A DNA stretch of 64,000 nucleotides, taken from IMG/VR virus record IMGVR_UViG_3300047567_000019; one strand, given 5' to 3'. Positions 30,647-41,686 of this stretch are shown here, in pieces; position 1 is the first letter of the stretch; each line of letters opens with the position of its first letter. Under the pieces are notes generated by a model. It worked only from the letters and a program-made list of their open reading frames with translations, was not told the origin of the DNA and did not search any database. The DNA comes from an uncultured virus (IMG/VR IMGVR_UViG_3300047567_000019) (lineage: Duplodnaviria > Heunggongvirae > Uroviricota > Caudoviricetes). The position numbers and the translations under genes were made by a program.

Positions 30647-31253
30647 TTACTCAGTCACATCTTCCGCAGGCGTCTCAGGGACATTCACAGCGGCACTGCG
30701 GCTGATAGACTGCGTTGTACCAGCGTTGTAAAGGTCGGTGGTGTTCGTGCCGGTCTTGACCTTCACGAGACCGGAAGGCAGAGGCGTTGCCGTAATGGAG
30801 AGCGTCTCCGTCTGCACCTCGGTGGAGTCCTCCTTTGTGCTGCCGGAGACAGAGGGACGGGTCGCGCTGCAGTAGTACATGCAGTGACGGATCTTCCTCT
30901 GGTCGCCGGAGAACTCAAAGAGCAGCGCAAAATGCTCAGGCTCCACGTCCTTGTTCTCAGCGATGACGCCGTTGGCATCCTCAACCTCGTGCATGACATC
31001 CGTAAGAAAGCTCTCCGGAATCAGCGCCAGCTCGAAGTCGCCGGAATAGCCGTTGTTGTTTGAGACCATGTAATATACGGAGTCGTCCGCATAGAACGGG
31101 TCGTTTTCTCCCTCTGCATCAAGCGAAAGGGATACTGCGCCGGGCATCGCTACAGGGTGTACCGAAGGTGACGGTGCCGTCCTCGGCCAGCGTTGCGATG
31201 GCGTAGTGGCAGTTTTTCAGGCCGAACTTGACCTTGTTTTTCTTGTTAGCCAT
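30647..31253 (-). CDS. Major tail protein (phi13 family; indel ~31155)
   Basis: [35 protein letters not shown]. Confidence 0.9.
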
Positions 31254-31267
31254 AGTGGTTTATCCTC

Positions 31268-31585
31268 CTATCATCTGTGTTTGATATAAGAACCTCGTAC
31301 ATCTTTTCCGATTCGATCCAGACCTCCGATTTCTCATAGGGAAGCTCATGGGAGAGGAGGATGTCCTCGATGGTGGTTTCTATCTCCGGGTCTTTTTGTC
31401 CGTGTAAATTCGATGTTCAACTGGTCGATTTTCTTAAGACCGTGTCATCAGCGAACACGTTGTCCGTTCCCGGAAACAGAAAAACGAGGAAGGGCGGGTC
31501 TGGCGACTCACCTTCGGCAAAATGGTCGTAGGCAAGTGGGAGCCCGGCTTCCTCTAAGCATTTCGATTACATTGTCGTATGTCAT
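31268..31585 (-). CDS. Tail-completion-like protein (frameshifted)
   Basis: LPLAYDHFAEGESPDPP...SEVWIESEKMYEVLY. Confidence 0.65.
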
Positions 31586-31587
31586 GA

Positions 31588-31975
31588 TCAGCCTCCTTTC
31601 AGCTTCTGCTCGATGGTCTGCACGAGCTTTTCATTTCCGCGCTGCTCGGCAGAGGCGATATGAGGCTTTGCCGCAACTCGGCCTCCGCCGCCGCGCTTGG
31701 CGTGGCCATGTTCCAAGAGGTGCGCGATCTGGTAGCGGTTCCTCGAATGCACCACAAGGTCGATGCTCTCGGAATCCTCGTGACATATTCTTGACCGACC
31801 AGCTTTTCTTGTATTTGCCGGTATCCACCGGAGCGCCTGCCTGAATATCCTTGCGGACGGAAGCTGCCGTTTCCTTCACAGCAGCTTTCAGTCATCTGCG
31901 GCGAGGTCGGCATATTTTTCAAGCTCCTCCATGATGGCGTTCGCCCATCTCGTCGATTGATACGGTTCTACTCAT
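31588..31975 (-). CDS. HK97 gp10 family protein (frameshifted)
   Basis: APVDTGKYKKSW; HLLEHGHAKR...PHI in an adjacent frame. Confidence 0.8.
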
Positions 31976-32301
31976 GCGGTTTCTCCAGCTTGCAGTTGAA
32001 TTTCAGGCTGTTATCGCTTGTAGCCCATCGGATTCACATAGGTGATGTTGTAGGTCTTGCCTTCGCGATGATCCGGTATTTTGTGGATTCCACACCGCAA
32101 GCTCGGAGCAGTAGCGGCAGGTAAAGTCCAGCGATTCCTCCGGATTGATCACGACGCCGGTGGATTCGGAACCGGAGCTTGTGCCTACGGTCGCCCAGCA
32201 GGAGAAGTAATCCGTCCAGCCGGTTTTGTGGTTTCCGTATTTGTCGACGTGACCGTATTTTTCTGGAAGGTGACGCGCACCCTCATAGCTGCTATATTCA
32301 T
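31972..32301 (-). CDS. Head-tail adaptor/closure protein (frameshifted)
   Basis: MNIAAMRVRVTFQ..DKYGNH..W.DYFSCWA..FTCRY. Confidence 0.7.
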
Positions 32302-32590
32302 GAGAAACGCTCCTTCCCGTATTGCCAAAAAGAAGAGAGCGCAGTGTCATGGTAAGCGCATGGTGGTCGGCTTCCTCCCTGTGCTCGTACAGGTAGCCTA
32401 CGGTATAGAGCACGGCCACACGGATGCGGATCAGGGCTTTTTCTTCATTTGCCATAAACTCCTCGTCGGACTGTCTTGTGATGTCCTGCACCTGCTTTGT
32501 CGCAGCAGAGATCAGGCTTTCAATCAGGCTGTCCTCGTCACCTGTAGAGACGCGGAGATAGGTCTTTGCTTCTTCCAGTGTTACTTCCAT
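32298..32590 (-). CDS. gp6-like head-tail connector
   Basis: VTLEEAKTYLRV..ED.LI..LI; YLYEHRE. Confidence 0.85.
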
Positions 32591-32660
32591 GTCCGCCTCC
32601 TTTAAATGAAACCGCCCGCAGAGAGGGTGATCCCTGCGGACGGCTGGTTACAGTAGTTTC

Positions 32661-33878
32661 TTATCCTCTCGAAGAAGAGGCCGCCTTGACGGACAGACCC
32701 TTTACAGCCTCCGGAAGGATGAGCTTGCCGTCCACGCGCTCGGAAGCAAGGAAGCCAATCTGGCCGTTTGCCGCATAGAGCTCGGAGAGGCGCTTGAAGG
32801 AGCGTCCCTGACGGTCAGCGATCCAGTAGAAGCTGAAGTCGCCAAAGAGGATCGCGGTATTGCCCGCAGCAAGCTCCGGCGCGTAGATGCTGGTCTTGTA
32901 AGGACGGTTCAAGATGGTGTCGGGCTGGCCAGCCACAACAGAGGGCTGCCAGATGTAGTTCCCGTTGTTGTCCTTGATCTTCCTGAGCGCCTTGATGGTG
33001 GTATCGTTCAAGATCCAGATGGCCTTGTTCCTGTAGACGCTGCGGAGCGAATGGAACACGTCCATGATGTCGTCGAAGGACACCGTGGCATTGTTGATCT
33101 CTGTGGTCGCGCCGGTAGTGGCTGCCACCTTGGTGAACACGCCTTCGGGCTTTTTGTTGCCGTCGCCGATCAGGAAAGCCTCCTCCTCGGCAGCACCGAT
33201 CCTGCGTGCAAACTCGGTGGAGATGTACTTTTCGAGGTCGAAAACGGAGTCGTTCATCAGCTCCTCGGAAACCTTGATCGCCGTGCCCAGCTTGTAAGCG
33301 GAAAGGCTGATCTGGTCGAAGGTATCGTCGGATTCAGGGTACAGGCCGTTCTCATCCATCCAAGCGGCAGTGCCGTGAGAGGCGACGACCGGAATGGTGT
33401 GGGTGCCGGACTGGGTCTGAATGACCGTAGCGAGGGAACGGAAGAAGTTCTCCTCCTGAAGCGCGTCGATCAGCTGCTTTTCGTACTCGTCCGGGACGAG
33501 ATATCCGCCGTTGGCATCGGTGCCGACCTCCAGCACGTTCTGGACATCGTAGTAGTTGCGCTTGCGGATGTTGTTCCAGAAGGCGGAGCGGTATGCCTTG
33601 GAAGCGATGCCGGGCTTATCCTCCGGCTCATCCTTTGGCACCGGGCTTTCCGGTGAGCGGAGCAGAGTCGGTGCGCTCATCATCTTGTCGATCTGCTCCT
33701 GACGCTGCAGGCGCTCGATATCGTGGGTGAGGTCGGTGACTTCCTTTTCCATCTTGTCGTAGGTTGCGGCATCCTCCGCAGAAACCATGCCGCCGTTCTG
33801 AGAGTGGGTGTTAAGAAAAGCCTTTGCAGCCTCCCATGCCTTCGCTCTCTTTTCCATGAGTTCCATAATCTGAGTCAT
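32661..33878 (-). CDS. Major capsid protein, HK97 fold
   Basis: GGYLVP, KVSEELMNDS, AFLIGDG..KP.G, FGDFS.Y, RVDGK. Confidence 0.95.
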   Translation of the reverse strand: MTQIMELMEKRAKAWEAAKAFLNTHSQNGGMVSAEDAATYDKMEKEVTDLTHDIERLQRQEQIDKMMSAPTLLRSPESPVPKDEPEDKPGIASKAYRSAFWNNIRKRNYYDVQNVLEVGTDANGGYLVPDEYEKQLIDALQEENFFRSLATVIQTQSGTHTIPVVASHGTAAWMDENGLYPESDDTFDQISLSAYKLGTAIKVSEELMNDSVFDLEKYISTEFARRIGAAEEEAFLIGDGNKKPEGVFTKVAATTGATTEINNATVSFDDIMDVFHSLRSVYRNKAIWILNDTTIKALRKIKDNNGNYIWQPSVVAGQPDTILNRPYKTSIYAPELAAGNTAILFGDFSFYWIADRQGRSFKRLSELYAANGQIGFLASERVDGKLILPEAVKGLSVKAASSSRG

Positions 33879-33893
33879 AATAAAAATCCTCCT

Positions 33894-34622
33894 TTAATGT
33901 GCGAGAAGCGAAAGGCGCTTCTCAAGATCGGTTACTGGTACCATGTGTTTATTTGCCTCCGGCTTTTTCTTAGGGATAAGCCGGGAAAGCAGCGAATCAG
34001 TGACGGCCTTGCGGGAGAAAAGCATCTCCGTATCGGCCTCATCGTCCGAGGCAGGTTCCTCGCCATCCTTGAACAGAATCTCGTCAGCGAAGCCGAGCTT
34101 CACGGCCTCCTTGGCGTTCATCCATGTCTCGGCATCCATCAGCTGTGAAATCTTGTGGCGGGAAAGCCCGGACTTGATTTCGTAGGCGTTCATGATGGAT
34201 TCCTTGACTTCGTTTAACATGTCGATGGCTTTCTGCATCTCCTCGGTATCACCGATGGCGATGGTCGCAGGGTTGTGGACCATCATCATGGCCACAGGGC
34301 TCATGCAGACCTTGGTACCGGCCATAGCGATGACGGATGCCGCCGAAGCAGCAAGGGCGTCGATCTTGACCGTTACGTCATGCGGGTAATCCATCAGCAT
34401 GTTGTAAATCTGTGCAGCAGCAAAAACATCACCGCCCGGAGAGTTGATCCAGAGGGTGATGTTTCCATCGCCGCTGCTTAGTTCATCTTTGAATAACTGT
34501 GGTGTTACTTCGTCGCCGAACCATGTCTCATCGGAAATTTCCCCGTCGAGGTAGAGCGTTCGGTCTGAGCCAAAGCTGTCCGGCTCCTCGTTTCGCACCC
34601 AGTTCCAAAACTTTCTGGTCAT
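33894..34622 (-). CDS. ClpP-like prohead protease
   Basis: INSPGGDV, AASAAS, MMVHNP, ETWM.A.EA..GFAD. Confidence 0.95.
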   Translation of the reverse strand: MTRKFWNWVRNEEPDSFGSDRTLYLDGEISDETWFGDEVTPQLFKDELSSGDGNITLWINSPGGDVFAAAQIYNMLMDYPHDVTVKIDALAASAASVIAMAGTKVCMSPVAMMMVHNPATIAIGDTEEMQKAIDMLNEVKESIMNAYEIKSGLSRHKISQLMDAETWMNAKEAVKLGFADEILFKDGEEPASDDEADTEMLFSRKAVTDSLLSRLIPKKKPEANKHMVPVTDLEKRLSLLAH

Positions 34623-35950
34623 AGTGCCTCCTTCTTTCGTGGCCGGGTGCGCTCACTTTGCTGTGGCTGTTCCGGCTCTTGTTCTGTTTCTTCTGTGTTT
34701 CATCTGGTTCCTCCTGCGTCCCTGAGACGTGGCTGCAAAAATGCCTGCGTCCTTGAGCTTGGTCATGTTGCCGTTTATAAGATACAGGTCGCCGCCTTCC
34801 TCCTCCGGGATACGGTCGAGGTTTTCAAGCTCCCTGATATCGTTAGCGCTCATCCAGCCGTTCTGGCGTCCGGTCGCATAGCCGTTCATGCGGCTCTGGT
34901 AGTCGCCGCGAAGCAGGCCGTCCACATTGAACTTGAAGAAGTATTCCTTCTTCTCATCCATAGAGAGCAGCGCCCGCTGCATGGACTGTTCCCAGCGGCA
35001 GACCCACGGGTCGAGCGTGTATTTCACGAACTCCAGCGACTGCTGCTCGATGTTTGAAAAGCTCGATTTCTCAAGGTCGCCGATCATGTGAGGCGGGATG
35101 CGGAAGATACGAGCGATCTCATTGATCTGGAACTTCCGCGTCTCCAGGAACTGCGCCTGCTCCGGTGAAATGGAGATAGGCGTGTATTTCATGCCTTCCT
35201 CAAGGACCGCCACCTTGTTTGCATTGGCGCTGCCGCCGAAGGCCGAGTTCCAGCTTTCCCTGACACGCTCCGGGTCTTTTACCACACCGGGATGCTCCAA
35301 GATGCCGCCGGGCGTCGCGCCGTTAGCGAAGAACTTAGCTCCGTATTCCTCACAGGCAATCGCCATGCCGATGGCGTTCTTTGCCATCGCAATCGGGCTG
35401 TAGCCCACAGACCGTCAAAGCCAAGGCCGGGAATATGCAGCACATCGCTTGGAGAGAGCCTGACGCGGCTGCCGTCCATCGTGTGCGCCTCATCCTGTGA
35501 GGTCTGGTATTCGTAGTAGAGCTGACCGTTCTCGTCGCGGTCGACCGTCATGCGGTTTGGCATAAGCGGATAGAGAGCCACGACCTCGCCCTTGCCGTTT
35601 CGGATGATCTGCGCGTAGGCGTTTCCCCACAGCAAAGCAGGTGCGTCATCAGCGTTTCCCGGAAGACAAAGGATGTCATTTCCGGGTTTGGCTCATCGTG
35701 CAGAAGGAAGTAGAGCGGATGGTCGGTCGCTTTTTCCTTGCTGCCGTCTTCGCCGTATCGGTACAGGTGATCGGCAGGCCTGCAATCGCCTCGGATAGAA
35801 TCCTCACGCAGGAGTAGACCGCCGTCATCTGCATGGCGGAGCGTTCCGTTACAGCCTTGCCGGAGGTCGTGCCGCCGAAGAAGAAGCGGTAGGAGCTTCC
35901 GGCTGGTCGAGTCCTGGGGCTTATCCCGGCTTTCCTGAAAATATACTCAT
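34619..35950 (-). CDS. HK97-family portal protein (frameshifted)
   Basis: AVYSCVRILSE, LWGNAY, GYSPI, VLEEGM, FSNIEQQ, LLRGD. Confidence 0.92.
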
Positions 35951-36021
35951 AGCCATCCCTCCAATCCGTTAAGGGCTTCCCATCACCAGAAAGCCGATTG
36001 AAAGTATCAACACCTGCCTTG

Positions 36022-37621
36022 TCATATAAATAAAATGCCTCTGCCGTCATAGACAGAAGCACCGTTGTCGTTGCCGCAGCGGATCGCCCGGTCGAGCGCC
36101 ATGATGGTGGCGATGGCGCCGTCGATCTTCTCCGTGGATTTTTCCTTGTCGGCCTTGATGTTTCCGGCCGGGTCCGTGCGGATGAAGATGTTGTCCATCA
36201 TCCAGCGGAGCACCGGATGACCGCCGTGGGCGAGTTGCCCTCCAGCGTCAGCTTCATGAGTTCCTTGGTCGGCGGGCTCATATCCTTGAAGCCCTGTCCG
36301 AAGGGAACGACGGTGAAGCCCATGCCCTCAAGGTTCTGGACCATCTGGACGGCTCCCCAGCGGTCGAAGGCGATCTCCCGGATGTTGAAGCGCTCGCCGA
36401 GCCTTCGATGAATTTCTCGATATAGCCGTAGTGGATGACATTGCCCTCGGTGGTCTGCAGGTATCCCTGCTTTTCCCAAGGTCGTAGTTGACATGATCGC
36501 GCCGGACACGGAGGTCCAGCGTTTCCTCCGGCACCCAGAAGTACGGGAGGATCACTGTATTTGTCCTCCTCATCCTTGGAGGGAACACCAGCACGAAGGA
36601 AGTGATATCCGTGGTGGAGGAAAGGTCGAGCCCGCCGTAGCAGACACGGCCTTCGAGTCGTCCTCATTCAACCGGAAAGGCACAGGCGTCCCATTTCTCC
36701 ATCGGCATCCAGCGGACGCCTGCTTGACCCATTGATTTAGGCGGAGCTGCCGGAAGGCGTTCTCCTCGCCGGGATTCTGCTTTGCCGATTCGCAGGCGGC
36801 GGACCTTGTCGATGCCGACCGTGATGCCGAGCGAGGGATTTGCCTTCTTCCACACCTTCGGGTCAGTCCAGTCCTCGATTCAGGTCCGCTCCGTAAATGA
36901 CCGGATAGAAGGTGGATCGACCTTCCTGCCTTCAGGATGTCCTGCCTTTCTGGTGGACTTCATAGCAGATGGTGTTTGTATCGTTTCCGGCCGTGGTGAT
37001 GAGGAAATACAAGCGGCTGCATTCTGGCATCGCCGGAGCCCTTGGTCATGACATCAAAGAGCTTCCGGTTCGGCTGGGTGTGCAGCTCATCGAAGACCAC
37101 GCCGTGGGTATTGAAAGCCGTGCTTGTAGGCCACATCCGCGGAGAGCACCTGATAGAAGCTGTGGTCGGCTGATAGATGATCCGCTTCTGGGAGTCCAGT
37201 ATCTTCACGCGCTTCGGTTTAAGCGCCGGGCACATCGGACCATATCGCGGCCACATCAAAAACGATGGACGCCTGATTGCGGTCGGCAGCGCAGCCGTAG
37301 ACCTCGGCGCGTTCCTCACCGTCGCCGCAGGTGAGCAGCAGCGACCGCAGCGGCAAGCTCTGACTTGCCCATCTTCTTGGGTATCTCGATGTAGGCGGTG
37401 TTGAACTGCCGGTAGCCGTTGGGTTTCAGAACGCCGAACAGGTCGCGGATGATCTGTTCCTGCCAGTCGATGAGCTCGAAGGGCTTTCCCGCCCATGTGC
37501 CTTTGGTATGGCAGAGCTGCTCGATGAACATCACAGCGAAATCCGCCATCTGCTTGCTGTAGTGAGAGGACTCGGCCATGAAGCGGGTCGGCTTGTAGTT
37601 TTTCAGTTTTCGCATTGGCAT
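36022..37621 (-). CDS. terL: Terminase large subunit (many indels)
   Basis: PKKMGKS Walker A, VFDELH Walker B, WKKANPSLG, FDRWGA, KIDGAIA. Confidence 0.92.
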
Positions 37622-37748
37622 GAAAGCCGCCTCCTTCCGGGCAAAATAAAAGACCGCCAGCCGACGTGTTCGGCATGCGATTCTTGGTATCAGTACGAGA
37701 GAAAGAGCCCTGCGGCTCAGTCTCCCGGAATATTCATTCTCAGGGGTT

Positions 37749-37997
37749 TTAGTTGTAGTTTTGCAGGAGGATCATGTAGGCGAGCTGCGTCGGCTCATCC
37801 TCCGGCTCGATGTCCCAGCCTCTGTCGTAGTTGGCTGTGACGGTTCCGTTGATCTTGATCATCAGCTTTGAAATCTTGCCGCCGTTGATCCCATATTCCT
37901 CGCTGGGCTCCTCGTAGTGCTTTACCCAGTAGTGGCAAACCGTGTATTTTCCTTTGTCCTTTGCATCCGGTATTCCGATTGTTCCTTCGCTCCACAT
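37749..37997 (-). CDS. Small conserved phage protein
   Basis: K.YEEPS..GINGGKISKL.I....NYDRGWD. Confidence 0.75.
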   Translation of the reverse strand: MWSEGTIGIPDAKDKGKYTVCHYWVKHYEEPSEEYGINGGKISKLMIKINGTVTANYDRGWDIEPEDEPTQLAYMILLQNYN

Positions 37998-38000
37998 GGT

Positions 38001-38366
38001 TTACGCCTCCTTTACCGTCATCTTGAAAGCCGGGATCAGGGCGCGGTCGTCGCTTCCGAAGTGGGTGTAGCGCTCCTTGACTCTGACGATGCCGTCCAAG
38101 GTGCAGCCGAGCTCCTCGAAGCGGGCGATGGTCTCGATCAGGCTGGAGAAGGTGGAGCTTATCGTGAATTCCTTCACTCCCAGCTTCCTGCAGTCGGAAA
38201 GGATCGTCTCGATGTCGTCGTCCCAAATGACCTCGGCGAAGTTCGGCAGGTCGTTTCCGGCTTCCTTGCTGTAAAGGTAGGCCTGTCCGAGTGTCCAGTG
38301 GCATCCGATCTCGTCCCATTTCATTCCGGGCTTTGCGTTCTCAATGGCTTCGATTGTGTACTTCAT
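38001..38366 (-). CDS. Small conserved phage protein
   Basis: AY.YS..GN...F..VIWD...GV.EFTISS; strong RBS; motif B upstream. Confidence 0.75.
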   Translation of the reverse strand: MKYTIEAIENAKPGMKWDEIGCHWTLGQAYLYSKEAGNDLPNFAEVIWDDDIETILSDCRKLGVKEFTISSTFSSLIETIARFEELGCTLDGIVRVKERYTHFGSDDRALIPAFKMTVKEA

Positions 38367-38405
38367 GGTGGTTTCCTCCTTGTTCTGTGTTCCTTTTGGT
38401 ATGTA

Positions 38406-38437
38406 CATATATCACTCTGAACGCCTGTAATAGCAAG
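38406..38437 (-). promoter_or_regulatory. Motif B copy: CTTGCTATTACAGGCGTTCAGAGTGATATATG
   Basis: Matches the copies at 18625 and 39641. Confidence 0.7.
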
Positions 38438-38497
38438 TTAATTCGGAGAATATATGTGACAATCCTGCGGGAATATCCGAGGCCGTAATTGTGTAGT

Positions 38498-38674
38498 TTA
38501 TGCCTCGCCGGTCAGGATGAATTTTGCGTATTCAGACCGGTGATCCTCAAGGTAAAGAACCAGCTCGTAGAAGTCTCTCTCGTAGGCCAGCCGCTGGACG
38601 GCGGTGACATCAAACATATTCGTGAGGCCGGTGTCCCGGATGGCGAGGATCTGCTCTTTTACTTTTTCATCCAT
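38498..38674 (-). CDS. DUF5049-like protein
   Basis: QILAIRDTGLTNMFD. Confidence 0.75.
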   Translation of the reverse strand: MDEKVKEQILAIRDTGLTNMFDVTAVQRLAYERDFYELVLYLEDHRSEYAKFILTGEA

Positions 38675-38675
38675 C

Positions 38676-38900
38676 TTAGTCCACCACCTTCCTGACAAAG
38701 TCGATGCCGTAGATCACGTTCAGGCCGCAGCCGTTATCCCAGTTCACCATAAGGCTTCCGGTATCATCGACACCCGTAACCGTTCCCTTGGTGCCAATGG
38801 GTGGAGCATGCACATCGTCCATCTGAAGAAGCTCCACGCGGGTGCCTGCCGGGTAGCGCAGGCGGAGCGCTTCAAGCTCGTGCTGCTTTATCATTCGCAT
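38676..38900 (-). CDS. DUF4314-like protein
   Basis: YPAGTRVEL..MDD...GT.GTV..VDD.G...V.WDNG. Confidence 0.8.
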   Translation of the reverse strand: MRMIKQHELEALRLRYPAGTRVELLQMDDVHAPPIGTKGTVTGVDDTGSLMVNWDNGCGLNVIYGIDFVRKVVD

Positions 38901-39586
38901 GCCGCCACCTCCTTTTCCGGTGCGCCGTTCTTCCAGCTGGAGTTGCCGGAAAGGTTCTGAAGGAGAATCTTGCGCTCGGCCTTGTACTCGTTTCCGATGA
39001 AGCCAAGCCGCAGGAGGAAGCAGCGGAAGGCGTATTTCTCGTTGTCGACTTCCTTTTCGGTGGCGCTTACCCGCTTCAAATCCTTACTCATCTTGCAAAG
39101 GGCTGCGATGAAGTGGGTGTAAGCCTTGACTGCTTCCGGCTCCGGCAGTTCGGAAAACCAAGGGAAGGTGACCTTATCCTCTGTGATCTCGATGCCGAGA
39201 TCGTCAATGCCGAGTGCCTTCTTGATGAGGCTTTCCTTGGCGGTTAGGAGGTTGGTGAGGTTTCCGACCGCAGCCTTCTCCAGCGGGAGGCTGACCGTGA
39301 GGCCGGTGCCTTCGTCCGCTTCCGGTTCCTCTGCGGTGGCTTCCTCGTCGGTGCTTTCGATTTCCTCAGCCGGAGTGAAGCCGTCCGCGATGAGGTTGTG
39401 GATCAGGCGCTCCAGCTTGTCCGCGTCCTCGCAGGTGACGCCGCCTTCCTTGTCGACCGTGATGTCGCCGATCTCGAAGGCGCAGGTGGGCATGAACTTG
39501 TAGACTGCCTTGTCGCCGGTGAGCTCTGCGATGGCTGCGACCAGTGCTTTTCTTTCTTTTCCGGTTACGTTGTAGTTTGCTTTCAT
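38891..39586 (-). CDS. Conserved phage protein (often labelled virulence protein)
   Basis: RKALV.AI; NEKYAFRCFLLRLGFIG.EYK..RKILL.NL.GNS. Confidence 0.75.
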   Translation of the reverse strand: MKANYNVTGKERKALVAAIAELTGDKAVYKFMPTCAFEIGDITVDKEGGVTCEDADKLERLIHNLIADGFTPAEEIESTDEEATAEEPEADEGTGLTVSLPLEKAAVGNLTNLLTAKESLIKKALGIDDLGIEITEDKVTFPWFSELPEPEAVKAYTHFIAALCKMSKDLKRVSATEKEVDNEKYAFRCFLLRLGFIGNEYKAERKILLQNLSGNSSWKNGAPEKEVAACE

Positions 39587-39640
39587 TGTGTGTACCTCCG
39601 TTTTTCAAATGTGGTTTTTGGCTGTGCCTTTTGGCATGTA

Positions 39641-39672
39641 TATACATCACTCTGAAAGCCTTATATAGCAAG
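39641..39672 (-). promoter_or_regulatory. Motif B copy: CTTGCTATATAAGGCTTTCAGAGTGATGTATA
   Basis: Matches the copies at 18625 and 38406. Confidence 0.7.
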
Positions 39673-39731
39673 CGTTTTCTCGATATTTCAAAGGAATATA
39701 ATCGACAAATATACAGGGCAGAAATTGTGTA

Positions 39732-40997
39732 CTATACACCCGCCGTCGGAGAGGTCTCGACCTCTTTTGCCAGAGCGGAGTAGTAGAGCTTTTCGCCGTT
39801 TCTTACTACATACACATTTTCCGTATCGCCAGTATCCTCCACATAGCGCCGGAGGATGACAGAGGCGTATTTCGGATCAAGCTCCATCATGCAGCAGATA
39901 CGGTTTAGCTGCTCGCAGGCCATGAGCGTGGAGCCGGAGCCGCCAAAGGTATCAATGACCACAGAATTCTCCTGAGAGGAGTTCTTTATAGGATAGCCCA
40001 GAAGATCCAGCGGCTTGCTGGTCGGGTGATCCTTATTACGCTTTGGTTTGTCATAGTTCCAGATGGTCGTCTGCTTTCTGTCGGAATACCACGGGTGCTT
40101 GCCGTTTTGCAAAAATCCGTAGAGCACCGGCTCATGCTGCCACTGATAATCGGAGCGACCGAGCACGAGGCTGTTCTTTACCCAGATACACACACCGGCG
40201 AGATGGAAGCCTGCGTCAATGAATGCCTTCCTAAAGGTGAGGCCTTCGGTGTCTGCATGGAAGCAGTAGGCCGCTCCGCCTTTTTCGAGGTGGTCAGCCA
40301 TGTTCTTGAATGCCGCCAGAAGGAACTTGTAAAATTCCTCGCCCTTTAAGGAGTCGTTCTGGATCGTCAGACCGTCCGAGGCTTTGAAGGATACGCCGTA
40401 AGGAGGATCGGTCAGGATGAGGTTTGCTTTCTTGCCGTCCATGAGCTTTTCCACATCTTCCGGAGAAGTGGCGTCGCCACACATGAGGCGGTGCCTGCCG
40501 ACTGTCCAGATGTCGCCGGGCTCCACGAAGGAAGCCTTCTCCAAAGCGGAAGTCAGGTCAAAGTCGTCATCGGCGATGTCCTTTTCGTTTTCGGTGCCGA
40601 GGAGCTTGTCGAGTTCACCGGCATCAAAGCCAAGGAGCGAGAGGTCAAAGGACTGATCCTGCAGGTCGGATAATTCGACCGACAGCATTTCCTCATCCCA
40701 TCCGGCATTGAGCGCCAGCTGATTATCCGCAAGGATATATGCTCGCTTCTGGGCTTCCGTCAGGTTCTCGGCAAAGACGCAGGGCACGTTTTCATAGCCT
40801 TCCTCGCGGGCAGCCTGTACACGTCCGTGTCCGACGAGGATGTTATAGTCCGCGTCAATGACCGCAGGGCTAACAAAGCCAAACTCCCGAAGGGAAGCTC
40901 TAAGCTGCGCGATCTGTTCCTTGGAATGCGTTCTGGCGTTCCGGGCGTAGGGTACCAGCTTATCTATAGGTACCTGTTCAAATCTTTCTGTATTCAT
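39732..40997 (-). CDS. ParB-N plus N4/N6 DNA methyltransferase
   Basis: PYARNAR.H, GHGR; TDPPY, HPTSKP, DTFGGSGST. Confidence 0.92.
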   Translation of the reverse strand: MNTERFEQVPIDKLVPYARNARTHSKEQIAQLRASLREFGFVSPAVIDADYNILVGHGRVQAAREEGYENVPCVFAENLTEAQKRAYILADNQLALNAGWDEEMLSVELSDLQDQSFDLSLLGFDAGELDKLLGTENEKDIADDDFDLTSALEKASFVEPGDIWTVGRHRLMCGDATSPEDVEKLMDGKKANLILTDPPYGVSFKASDGLTIQNDSLKGEEFYKFLLAAFKNMADHLEKGGAAYCFHADTEGLTFRKAFIDAGFHLAGVCIWVKNSLVLGRSDYQWQHEPVLYGFLQNGKHPWYSDRKQTTIWNYDKPKRNKDHPTSKPLDLLGYPIKNSSQENSVVIDTFGGSGSTLMACEQLNRICCMMELDPKYASVILRRYVEDTGDTENVYVVRNGEKLYYSALAKEVETSPTAGV

Positions 40998-41579
40998 TTA
41001 CATGTTCCTCCTGCTTCGAAGCAGCTGCTCCATCACGCTGTCCTGCGGACTGCCTTCAAATGGCTCGGTGCAGTTCTGCTTTACAATGTCGTAAATCTCA
41101 TACCAGAGCAGGTTGGCCTGCTTCTGGAAATTAAGAGAGAGCTGCACGAATGGACTCGCAATCGCAGCTCCCGTAGTCGGGTGTTTTCCGAGCAGGCCGT
41201 ATTTGCTGACCGCCTCGGAGCACTGAATATATCTGGCAAAGGCCTCGGAGTAGCTTTCGAGTAGGCGCTTGTTTACGAGCCTGTCGCAGCCGCGCTCCTT
41301 GAGCCACAGCCATGTTTCCTTATAGATTTCATCTGCGCCCAGCGGCTTGCCGTCCTTCTGCTGTGCAGATAGGTAGTCGTCCGGGCTTGGCATATCCATG
41401 CCTTCGAGCTCCACGCCGTCACCGATGTTCTCTGTATCGAGGTCAGTTAAGTCATCCGTGAAGTCGGGAAGCTCCATGCGCCTTGCCGGAGCTCCTCTTG
41501 TGATTTTGTCGGCGAGGGCGTCAGGCTTGGAGCCCGCTTTTACACGCCGCCCGCCGCGATTGGTTCCGTCTTTTGCCAC
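40998..41579 (-). CDS. terS: Terminase small subunit (P27 family)
   Basis: AKDGTNRGG.R..AG, KHPTTG..IASP; position between HNH and terL. Confidence 0.8.
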   Translation of the reverse strand: MAKDGTNRGGRRVKAGSKPDALADKITRGAPARRMELPDFTDDLTDLDTENIGDGVELEGMDMPSPDDYLSAQQKDGKPLGADEIYKETWLWLKERGCDRLVNKRLLESYSEAFARYIQCSEAVSKYGLLGKHPTTGAAIASPFVQLSLNFQKQANLLWYEIYDIVKQNCTEPFEGSPQDSVMEQLLRSRRNM

Positions 41580-41686
41580 GTCAATCACTCCTTGTCTTAT
41601 CGGGCTGGGCTTAATACCCTGTTTGAATTGCAATTTTTGCGAAGAAGCCCCCGCGCCGTTTTCCGGGAAAACAGGTCGTAGAGATT

